Position numbers and translations under genes: made by a program | Shown: in pieces, positions 51,601-64,000 of the stretch | How the letters are laid out: every line of letters begins with the position of its first letter | How positions within the stretch are numbered: position 1 is the first letter of the stretch | Notes under the pieces: generated by a model | Database searches by the model: none | Seen by the model: the letters and a program-made list of their open reading frames with translations, nothing else | What the model was told of the DNA's origin: nothing | Assembly (NCBI RefSeq): GCF_009914755.1 | Contig: NC_060938.1 | Strand: one strand, 5' to 3' | DNA length: 64,000 bases | DNA from: the human T2T-CHM13v2.0 reference genome, Homo sapiens

Positions 51601-54600
51601 GTCACAAAGCTCCCATACACAGAGACTAGAGAAGAGTCCCATCACCTGGGTGATCAGTGCAGAAATATGTCACAATGCCCCCATAGGCAGATCCAACACA
51701 AGAGTTACATCACCTGGGTCATCAGTGTAGAGATATGTCACAATGCCCTCATAGGCAGAGCCTAGACAAAAGTCCCATCACCTGGGTGATCAGTGCAGAG
51801 ATATGTCTCAAAGCCCCTATAGGCAGAGTATAGAGAAGGGTCCCATCACCTGAGTCATCAGTGCAGAGATATTTCACTGTGCCCCCTCTAGGCAGAGAGT
51901 GGAAAAGAGTAACATAATCTAGGTGATCTGTGCAGAGCTATGTCAAATCGCCCCTGTAGGCAGGGCCTAGATAAATGTTACATCACCTGGGTGATCAGTG
52001 CAGAGATACGTCACAATACCCCCTGTAGGTGGAGCCTAGACAAGAGATACATCAACTGGGTGATCAGTGCAGAGATATGTCACAAAGCCCCTGTAGGCAG
52101 AGCCTAAACAACAGTTACATCACCTCGGTGATCAGTATAGAAATAGGTCACAAAGCCCATGTAGGCAGAGCCCAGAAAACTGTTGTTACATCTCCTGGGT
52201 GATCAGTGCAAAAATATGTCACAAAGGCCCCTGTACACAAATCGCAGAAAATTGTTACATCACCTGGGTGATCAGTGGAGATATCTGTCACAATTCCCCT
52301 TCAGGCGCAGCATAGACAAGCATTACATCACATGAGTGATCACTGCAGAGATATGTCGCAATGCCCCCATAGGCTGATCCAAGACAAGAGTCCATCACCT
52401 GGGTGATCAGTGCAGAAATATGCCACAATGCCGCCAGTAGGCAGATATAGACAAGAGTTACATCACCTGCGATATCACTGCAGAGAAAGTCACAATGCCC
52501 CTGTACGCAGAGCCTAGAAAAGATTCCCATCACCTGGGTGATCAGTGCAGAGTTATGTCACAATGCCCCCTCTTGACAGAGCCTAGATAAGGGTTATATC
52601 ACCTGGGTGATAAGTGCAGAGATGTGTCACAAGACCCCTGCAGCCAGAGCCTAGACAACGGTTACATCAGCTGTGTGATCAGTGCAGTGACATGTCACAA
52701 TGTCCCTGTAGCCATATCCTTGAGAAAAGTGACATCACCTGGGTGACCAGTGCGGAGATATGTCACAATGTCTCCAGTAGGCAGTGCCTAGACAAGAGAA
52801 ACATCACCTGGGTGATCAGGGAAGAGATATGTCACAATGCCCCTGTAAGCAGATCCCAGACAAGAGTTGCATAACCTCGGTGATCAGTGAGGAGATATGT
52901 CTCAATGCCCCCTGTCGGCGAAGCCTATACAAGAGTTACATCACCTAGGTGATCAGTGCAGTGATATGTTAAAATGACCCTGTAGGCAGAGCCTAGACAA
53001 GAGTTACATCACAAGGGTGACCAGTGCAGAAATATGTCATAAATCCCACTGTAGGCAAAGCCTAGACAAGTTTTACATCACTTCAGCGATCAGTGCAGAG
53101 ATATGTCCAAATGTCCCTCTAGGCAGAGCTTAGACAAGAGTCACATCTCCTGGGTGATCAGTGCAGAGATAAGTCACAATGCCCCCATAGGCAGAGCCTA
53201 GACGAGAGTTACATAACCCGGCTCATTCGTGCAGAGTGATGTCACTACGCCCTCTGTAGGCCGAGACTAGAAAAGAGTTACATCACCTGGGTGATGAGTG
53301 CAGAGATATGTCACAATGCCCCCTGTAGGCAGAGCATAGAGAAGAGTTGCATCACCTGGGTGATCACTGCCGAGATATGTCACAATGTTCCCTGTAGGCA
53401 GAGCATAGAGAAGAGTTGCATCACCTGGGTGATCAGTGCTGAGATATGTCACAATGTCCCCTGTAGGGAAAGCCTAGGGAAGAGTTACATCACCTTTGTC
53501 ATCAGTTCAGGGATATTTGAAAACGCCCCTGTAGGCAGAGCCTAGACAAGAGTTACATCACCTAGTTGATCAGTGCAGAAATATGTCACAAATCCCCCTC
53601 TAGGCAGAGTACAGAGAAGATTCCCATCACCTGGGTCATCAGTGCAGAGATATTTCACAATGCCCCTTTTGGGCAGATCCTAGACAAGAGTTACATCACC
53701 TAGTTGATCACTGCAGAGATATTTCACAGTACCCCCTGTAGGCAGATCCTAGACAATAGTTGCATCACCTGGGTGATCAGTGCAGAGATATGTCACAATG
53801 TCCCCTGTAGGCAAAGCCTAGGCAAGAGTTACGTCACCTTTGTCATCAGTACAGGCATATGTGAAAAAGCCCCTGTAGGCAGAACATAGAATAGAGTTAT
53901 ATCACCTAGTTGATCAGTGCAGAGGTATTTCACAATACCCCCTGTAGGCCGATCCTAGACAAGAGTTGAATCACCTGGGTGATCAGTGAAGAGATATTTC
54001 TCAATGCCCCCTTTGGGCAGAGGGTAGACAAGAGTTACATCACCTAGGTGATCCGTGCAGAGATTTGTCAAAATTCCCTGTAGGCAGTGCTTATAAAAGT
54101 GTTACATCACCTAAGTGATCAGTGCAGAGATATGTCACAAAGCTCCTGTAGGCAGAACTTAGATGAGTTACATCACCTGGGAGAATAGTGCAAAGGTATG
54201 TCACAAAGCCCCATGTAGGCAAAGCCTAGACAATAGTTACATCACTTGAGTGATCAGTGGTGAGATCTCTCACAATTCCCCTGTAGGCAGAGCTTATACA
54301 ACATTTACATCACCTGGGTGATCAGTGCAGAGATATGTCACAATGCCCCCATAGGCAGATCAAAGACAAGAGTCCGTCACCTGGGTGATCTGTGCAGAGA
54401 TACGTGAGAATTCCCGTGTAGGCAGAGCCTAGACAAGTGTTACATCACCTAGGTTATCAGTGCAGGTATAAGTCATAAAGCCTCCTGTAGGCAGAGCGTA
54501 GACAAGAGTTCCCTCCCCAGGGTGATCAGTGCAGAGATGTGTCACAAAGCCCCTGTAGGCAGAGCCTAGACAAGAGTTTCATCACTTGGTTGATCAGTTC

Positions 54601-57600
54601 CCAGATGTGTCACAATGTCCATGTAGGCAGATCTAAGACAAGGGTCCATCACCTGGGTGATCAGTGCAGAGATATGTACCAATATCCCCTGCAGGCAGTG
54701 CCTAGACAAGAGTTGCATCACCTCACAGATCAGTGCTGAGATATTTCACAAAGCCTTCTGTAAGCAAAGCCCATACAAGGCTTACATCACCTAGGTGATC
54801 GGTGCAGTGATATGTCACAAAAATCCCTGTAGACAGAGCCTAGAAAAGAAGTACATCACCTGGGTAATCAGTGCAGACATTTGACACAATGCCCCCATAG
54901 ACAGGGCCTAGACAAGATTTTCATCACCTTGGTGATTTGTGTAGAGATATGTCACAATTCCCCCTCTAGGCAGAGTATAGAGAAGAGCCCCATCACCTGG
55001 GTGATCAGTGCAATGATATTTCACAATGCCCCCTGTAGGCAGAGAGTGGACAAGAGTTACATAACCTAGGTGATGTGTGCAGAGCTATGTCAACACGCCC
55101 CTGGAAGCAGAGCCTAGATAAATGTTACATCACCTGGGTGATCAGTGCAAAGATACGTCACAATACCCCCTGTAGGTGGAGCCTAGACAAGAGTTACATC
55201 ACCAGGGTGATTAGTAGAGACATATGTCACAAAGCCCCTGTAGGCATAACCTAAACAAGAGTCACATCTCCTGGGTGATCAGTGCGGAAATATGTCACAA
55301 ATCCCCTGTAGGCCGAGCCTAGACAAGGTTTACATCTCCTGGGTGATCAGTGCAAAGATATGTCACAAAGACCCCTGTAGACAAATCCCAGAAAATGGTT
55401 ACATCACCTGGGTGATCAGTGGAGTTCTCTGTCACAATTCCCCTTTAGGCACAGCTTAGACAAGCATTACATCACATGAGTGATCAGTGCGGATATATGT
55501 CACTACGCCCCCATAGGCAGATCCAAGACCAGAGTCCATCACCTGGGTGATCAGTGCAGAAATCTGCAACAATGCCGCCAGTAGGCAGGTATAGAAAAGG
55601 GTTACATCACCAGCGTGATCACTGCAGAGATATATCACAATGCCCCTGTAGGCAGAGCCTAAACAAGAGTCCCATCACCTGGGTGATCAGTGCAGTGTTA
55701 TGTCACAATGCCCCCTTTTGGCAGAGCCTAGACAATGGTTACATAACCTGGGTCATCAGTGCAGAGATGTGTCACAAGACCCCTGTAGCCAGAGCCTAGA
55801 CAAGTGTTACATCAGCTGTGTGATCCATACAGTGACATGTCACAATGTCCCTGTAGCCATATCCTTTAAAAAGTGACATCACCTGGGTGATCAGTGCGGA
55901 GATATGTCACAACGCCCCCATAAGCAGATCCAAGACAATAGTCCGTCACCTGGGTGATCAGTGCAGTCATATGTCACAATGCCCCATTAGGCAGAGCCCA
56001 GACAAAAGCCCCATCACCTGGATGATCAGTGCATAGTTATCTCACAAAGCACCCTGTAGGCAGATCCTAGAAAAGAGTTACATCACCTGGGTGATCAGTG
56101 CAGAGATAGGTCACAATGCCAATGTAGGCAGAGCTTAGACAAGAGTTACATGACCTAGGTGATCAGTGCAGAGACACATCACAATGCCCCTAAAGGCAGA
56201 GCCTTGACAAGTGGTATATCACCTCAGTGATCATTGCAGGGATATGTTACAAAGCACCCTGTAGGCAGATCCTAGAGAAGAGTTATATCACCTTGGTGAT
56301 CAGTGCAGAGATATGTCACAGGTACCCTGTAGGCAGAGCCTAGACAAGAGTTATATCACCTGGGTGATCAGTGCAGTGATATGTCACAATGCCGTGTAGC
56401 CAGAGCCTAGTCTAAAGTTAAAGCACCAGAGAGATCAGTGCAGAGATATGTCACAATGTCTCCAGTAGGCAGAGACAAGGCAAGTGTTGTATCACCTCAG
56501 GATCAGTGCAGAGATATGTCTAAATCCCCCTGTGGGCACAGCCTAGAGAAGAGTTACATCACCTCGGTTAACAGTGCAGAGATATGTCACAATGCCCCTG
56601 TAGGCAGAGCCTACACAAGTGTTACATCACCTGTGCGATCAGTGCAGAGATATGTGACAAGGCCCCTTTAAGCAGAACCTAGACAATTGTTACATCACCT
56701 GAGTGATCAGTGCGGAGAACTGTCACAGTGCCCCTTTAGGCAGAGCTTAGACCTGAGTTACATCACCTGGGTGATCAGTGCAGAGATATGTCACAATGCA
56801 CCTTAGGCAAATCCAAGAGAAGAGTCCATCACCTGGGTGATCAGTGCAGAAATATGTCACAATGCCCCTTTAGGCAGAGCCTAGACAAAAGCCCCATCAT
56901 CTGGATGATCAGTGCAGAGTTATATCACAAAGTCCCTTTAGGCAGATCCTACACAAAATTTACATCACTTGGATGATCAGTGCAGAGATATGTCACAATG
57001 CCACTGTTGGCAGAGGCTAGACAATAGTTACATGACCTAGGTGATCAGTGCAGAGATACATCACAATATCCCTGTAGGCAGAGCCTTGACAAGTGGTACA
57101 TCTCCTGGGTGATCATTGCAGGGATATGTCATAAAGCACCCTATAGACAGATCCAAGAAAAGAGTTACATCACCTGGGTTATCAGTGCCGAGATATGTCA
57201 CAATGCCCCTGTAGGCAGAGCCTAGACAAGTGTTACATGACCTAGGTGATCAGTGTACAGATACATCACAATGGCCCTGTAGCAGAGCCTTGACAACTGG
57301 TATATCACCTGGGTGATCATTGCAGGGATATGTCACAAAGCACCCTGTAGGCAGATCCTAGAGGAGAGTTATATCACCTGGGTGATCAGTGCAGTGATAT
57401 GTCACAATGCCGTGTAGCCAGAGCCTAGACTATATTTACAGCACCTGGGAGGTCAGTGCAGAGATATGTCACAATGTCCCCATTAGGAAGGACCAGGCAA
57501 GAGTTGGATCACCTCGGGATCAGCGCCGAGATATGTCTCAATCACCCTGTGGGCACAGCCTAGACAAGAGTTACATCACCTCGGTTAACAGTGCAGAGAT

Positions 57601-58423
57601 ATGTCAAAATGCCCCTGTAGGCAGAGCCTACACAAGTGTTACATCACTTAGGTGATCAGTGCAGAGATATGTCACAATACCCCCTGTAAGCAGAGCCTAG
57701 ACAAGAGTTACATCACCTGGGTGATCAATGCAGAGATATGTGACAAGGCCCCTTTAAGCAGAGCCTAGACAATATTTACATCACCTGAGTGATCAGTGCA
57801 GAGATCTGTCGCAATACCCCTTTTGGCAGAGCTTACACCAGAGTTACATCACCTGTGTGATCAGTGCAGAGATATGTCACAATACCCCCATAGGCAAATC
57901 CAAGACAAGAGTCGGTCACCTGGGTGAGCAGTGCAGAAATATGTGACAATGCCCGCATTAGGCAGAGCCTAGAGAAGAGTCCGATCACCTGGGTGATCAG
58001 TGCAGAGATATTTCACAATGCCCCTGCAGGCAGAGCGTAAGCAAGTGTTACATCAGCTAGATAATCAGTGCAGAAATGTGCCACAAGGCCCCCTATAGGC
58101 AGAGCCTGGACAAGAGTTACATCACCTCGGTGATCAAGGCAGTGATATGTCACTATGCCCCATAGGGAGAGCCTAGTCAAGCTTTGCATCACCTGGGTGA
58201 TCAGTGCAGATATATGTCACAATGACTCCATAGACCGATCCAACAAAAGAGTTACATCACCTGGGTGATCAGTGAAGAGATACGTCACAATGCCCCCATA
58301 GGCACAGCCTAGACAAATTTCCCATCACCTTGGTGATCAGTGCAGAGATATGTCACAAAGCCCCTGTAGGCAGAGCCTACACAAGAGTTACATCACTTTG
58401 TTGATCTGTTCAGAGATGTATCA
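42601..58423 (+). repeat. Beta satellite array, forward orientation
   Basis: Tandem 68-bp monomers, ~15.8 kb. Confidence 0.95.
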
Positions 58424-59038
58424 TGCTGACTGTTTGCTCCCGGAGCTCTACGGGCACCCGGAAACATGCAGGGAAGGGTGGAAGACTGGCATGGTGCCTT
58501 CGCTCTCCTTGCCAGTTTCCAAACCGGCCACACTGCAGACTCCACATGTTGCCGCACAAGGGATTCCATCATCAGGCCATCACGCTGGGGAGGCTTCTTC
58601 TCTCTGGGGTCTCTCTCTGGTCTTCTACGTGGAAATGAACGAGAGCCACACGCCTGCACGTGTGAGACTGTTCCGGCAACGGCGACACCAGCAGGCATTA
58701 CCTCCTTCACGGACAGAGGGCCTGGAACACTCCAGACTCCCACGGAGGTTAAGTTCCACACTCCCGTCCACACTCCCAGGCTGGTTTCTCCCTGCTGAAG
58801 ACGGGTGGGAGCCCAGAGAGCAGCTTCCAGTTCCCGCGGGATTCCTGGAGAGGTCCGGAGAGCCAGCCCCCTAAACGCGCCCCCTGCACCCCTTCCCCCT
58901 CGCCCCCTTCCTCTTCGTTTCACTGGCCCCACCACCACCATCACCACGCCCTCCCGCACCACCCCACCACAACCCGGCTGCAGGCCTCGACGCCCTGGGA
59001 CCCTTCTGGGGTGGGGCGGGCTGTCCCAGGGCTCACCG

Positions 59039-59083
59039 CCATTCATGAAGGGGTGGAGCCTGCCGGCCTGCCGGCCTTTATAA
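59039..59083 (+). promoter_or_regulatory. DUX-like promoter: DBE/GC box and TATAA
   Basis: ccattcatgaaggggtggagcctgcc from 59039; tataa at 59079-59083. Confidence 0.75.
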
Positions 59084-59219
59084 GAGCCGCTGGCTGGCTG
59101 TCCGGGTAGGCCTCCTGGCTGCACCTGCCACAATGCACAGGCCGGCTGAGGTACAAGGGAGCCCGCCGGCCTCTCTCTGACTGTGTCCGTCCGTGAAATT
59201 CCGGCCGGGGCTGCCCGCG

Positions 59220-60476
<1,257 letters not shown>

Positions 60477-61177
60477 GACGCAGGGTTGGGACAGGGTCAG
60501 GTCTGGGCAGGGCGGTGGTCTATCTTTCGCAGGGAACACCTGGCTGGCTATGGATGGGTGTGTCTTCCCACTGCCCCCTCCACCGAGCTCACCCACCTGG
60601 GATTCCTGCCTTCTCGGTCTAGGCCCGGTGAGAGGCTCCACACAGCAGAGAACTGCCATTCTTTGCTGGGCATCCCTGGGATCCCAGAACCGGCCCAGGT
60701 ACCAGCAGGTGGGCCGCCTACTGCACATGCGCGGGTTTTCGGGCAGCTGCATGGGCTGTGGGAGCAGCCCGGGTAGAGCTCTCACGCCTTTCCACCACCC
60801 CACCCCCGCCTGACAACACCCTCCACACACCCACCCCCCAGCTCCGGAAAATCCGTCCTCCCCGGGGCTGGGTGGAGACCCCAGTCCCGTGAAACACCGG
60901 GCAGGCTCAGCTTCCAGGACTGACACCCCTCTGGCGGCTCGCCTCCTCTGCGCCTCTGCGCCACCATCGCCGGCCCGCCCATGCCCCTGCAGCCTCCCAG
61001 CTGCCACCATGCAGCGACGGGCGGTGGAACGCAGACATCTACCTCTCTTTGCCGGCCTCCTGGCTACACCTGCAATCAATGCGCACCCGAGCTGATGTGC
61101 AAGGGAGCCCGCTGGACTCTCTGTGCCCTTGTCCCTCCGTGAAATTCGGGCTGAGGCTCTCCCAACTCCTTCCGAAG

Positions 61178-64000
61178 CTCTTTAGTCAAAGCCTGGAGAA
61201 TAGTTACACCTCCTGGATGATCAGTTCAGAAATATGTCACAATGCCCCCTCCCTGCGGAGCCTAGAGAAGATTTGCATCATTTGGGTGGTGAGTGCAGAG
61301 ATATATCACAATGTCCCCTGTACAAAAAGCCTGGAAATGATTTACATCACCTCGGTGACCAGTGCATAGGTATGTCAGAAATTCCCAGTAGGCTGAATCT
61401 AGACAATGGTTACATCACTAAGGTGGTCAGTGTAGAGATATGTGAAAATTCAAGTGTAGGCAAAGCCTAGGCAAGAGTTACATCACCTTCGTCATCAATT
61501 CAGGGATAAGTGAAAACGCCCCTGTAGGCAGAGCCTAGACAAGAGTTGAATCACCTGGGTGATCAGTGCAGAGATATTTCACAATGCCCCCTTTGGGCAG
61601 AGGGTAGAAAAGAGTTACATCACCTAGGTGGTCGGTGCAGAGATTTGTCAAAATTCCCTGTAGGCAGTGCTCATAAAATTGTTACATCACCTAAGTGATC
61701 AGTGCAGAGATATGTCACAAAGCTCCTGTAGGCAGAACTTAGATGAGTTACATCACCTGGGAGATCAGTGCAAAGGTATGTCACAAAGCCCCATGTAGGC
61801 AAAGCCTAGACAATAGTTACATCCCTTGGGTGATCAGTGGCGAGATCTCTCACAATTCCCCTGTCGGCAGAGCTTATACAGCAGTTACATCACCTGGGTG
61901 ATCAGTGCAGAGATATATCACAATGCCCCCATAGGCAGATCCAAGACAAGAGTCCATCACCTGGGTGATCAGTGCAGAGATATGTGAGAATTCCCGTGTA
62001 GGCAGAGCCTAGACAAGTGTTACATCACCTAGGTTATCAGTGCAGGTATAAGTCATAAAGCCTACTGTAGGCAAAGCGTAGACAAGAGTTCCCACCCCAG
62101 GGTGATCAGTACAGAGATGTGTCACAATAACCCAGTAGGCAGAGCCTAGACAAGAGTTTCATCTCTTGGTTGATCGGTTCACAGATCTGTCACAATGTCC
62201 ATGTAGGCAGATCTAAGACAAGAGTCCATCACCTGGGTGATCAGTGCAGAGATATGTACCAATGACCCCTGTAAGCAGTGCCTAGACAAGAGTTGCATCA
62301 CCTCAGAGATCAGTGCAGAGATATTTCACAAAGCCTTCTGTAGGCAAAGCCCATACTAGGCTTACATCACCTAGGTGATCAGTGCAGTGATATGTCAAAA
62401 AAGTCCCTGTAGACAGAGCCTAGAAAAGAGGTACATCACCTGCGTGATCAGTGCAGACATTTGACACAGTACCCCCATAGACAGAGCCTAGACAAGACTT
62501 CCATCACCTTGGTGATCAGTGCAGAGCTATGTCACAAATCCCCCTCTAGGCAGAGTATAAAGAAGAATCCCATCACCTGGGTGATCAGTGTAGAGATATT
62601 TCACAATGCACCCTGTAGGCAGAGAGTGGACAAGAGTTACATAACCTAGGTGATCTGTGCAGAGATATGTCTAAACGCCCCTGTAGGCAGAGCCTAGATA
62701 AATGTTACATCACCTGGGTGATCTGTGCAGAGATACATCACAATAATCCCTGTAGGTGGAGCCTAGACAAAAGTTACATCATCTGGGTGATCAGTGCAGA
62801 GATATGTCACAAATCCCCTGTAGGCCGAGCCTAGACAAGAGTTGTTACATCTAGGTGATCAGTGTAAAGATATGTCACAAAGCCCCCTGTAGACAAATCC
62901 CAGAAAATTGTTACATCACCTGGGTGATCAGTGGACATATCTGTCACAATTCCCCTTCAGGCGCAGCTTAGACAAGCGTTACATCACATGAGTGATCAGT
63001 GCAGAGATATGTCACTATGCCCCCTTAGGCAGATCCAAGACAAGAGTCCATCACCTGAGTGATCAGTGCGGAAATATGCCACAATGCCGCCAGTAGGCAG
63101 ATATAGACAAGAGTTACATCACCTGCGTGATCACTGCATAGATATTTCCCAATGCCCCTGTAGGCAGAGCCTAGACGAGAGTCCCATCACCTGGGTGATC
63201 ATTGCAGAATTATGTCACAAAGCCCCCTTTTCACAGAACCTAGACAAGGGTTACATCACCTGGGTGATCATTGCAGGGATATGTCACAAAGCACCCTGTA
63301 GGCAGATCCTAGAAAAGAGTTACATCACCTGGGTGATCAGTGCAGAGATATGTCACAATGCCACTGTAGGCAGAGCCTAGAGAAGAGTTACATGACCTAG
63401 GTGATCAGTGCAGAGATACATGGCAATGCCCCTGTAGGCAGAACCTTGACAAGTGGTATATCACCTGGGTGATTATTGCAGGGATATGTCAGAAAGCACC
63501 CTGTAGGCAGATCCTAGAGAAGAGATATATCACCTGGGTGATCAGTGCAGAGATATGTCACAAGCCCCCTTTAGGCAGAGCCTAGACAAGAGTTAAATCA
63601 CCTGGGTGATCAGTGCAGTGTAATGTCACAATGCCGTGTAGCCAGAGCCTGTACTAAAGTTGCAGCACCTGGGAGATCAGTGCAGATATATGTCACAATG
63701 TCCCCAGTAGGCAGAGACCAGGTAAGAGTTGGATCACCTCGGGATCAGTGCAGAGATATGTCTCAATCTCCCTGTGGGTACTGCCTAGACAATTGTTACA
63801 TCACCTCGGTTAACAGTGCAGAGATATGTCAAAATTCCCCTATGGGCAGAGCCTACACAATTGTTACATCACTTAGGTGATCAGTGCAGAGATATGTCAC
63901 AATATGCCCTGGAAGCAGAGCCTAGACAAGAGTTACATCACCTGGGTGACCAGTGCAGAGATATGTCACAGAGCCTAGACAAGAGTCCAATCACCTAGGT
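61178..64000 (+). repeat. Beta satellite array, forward orientation
   Basis: Tandem 68-bp monomers to the window end. Confidence 0.95.

Overview
This window is primate (human or great-ape type) heterochromatin. About 70% is 68-bp beta satellite (BSR/Sau3A; consensus ~agagttacatcacctgggtgatcagtgcagagatatgtcacaatgccccctgtaggcagagcctagaca). The satellite is interrupted by five complete ~2.75-kb D4Z4-derived DUX4-like cassettes (4557-7318, 10994-13757 and 20434-23195 on -; 39862-42600 and 58424-61177 on +) and one shattered pair at 525-2782. This is an LSau/D4Z4-beta-satellite composite of the kind known from acrocentric short arms and pericentromeres, not the 4q35/10q26 tandem D4Z4 array; the chromosome cannot be assigned from the sequence alone. 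Each complete cassette has the same layout: ~800 bp upstream region with DBE and TATA-like box, DUX4-like ORF, exon-2-like segment with the KpnI site, LSau, a pLAM/exon-3-like end, then satellite, with the same junctions in every copy. A ~25.5-kb block (~2.45-27.95 kb) is inverted relative to its flanks, and both breakpoints carry complex patchwork insertions. Four copies are clear pseudogenes, but two keep long ORFs. Cassette 4 has a TATAA box, a 379-aa two-homeodomain ORF lacking the C-terminal activation domain, and a newly created AATAAA just after its stop. Cassette 3 has a 441-aa ORF in which three -1 frameshifts remove homeodomain 2 but restore the C-terminal activation domain. The satellite has an ordered, higher-order-like arrangement of variant monomers, with several 'empty' sites where a cassette appears to have been deleted. 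DUX4/pLAM comparisons rely on recalled reference sequence and need alignment to confirm.
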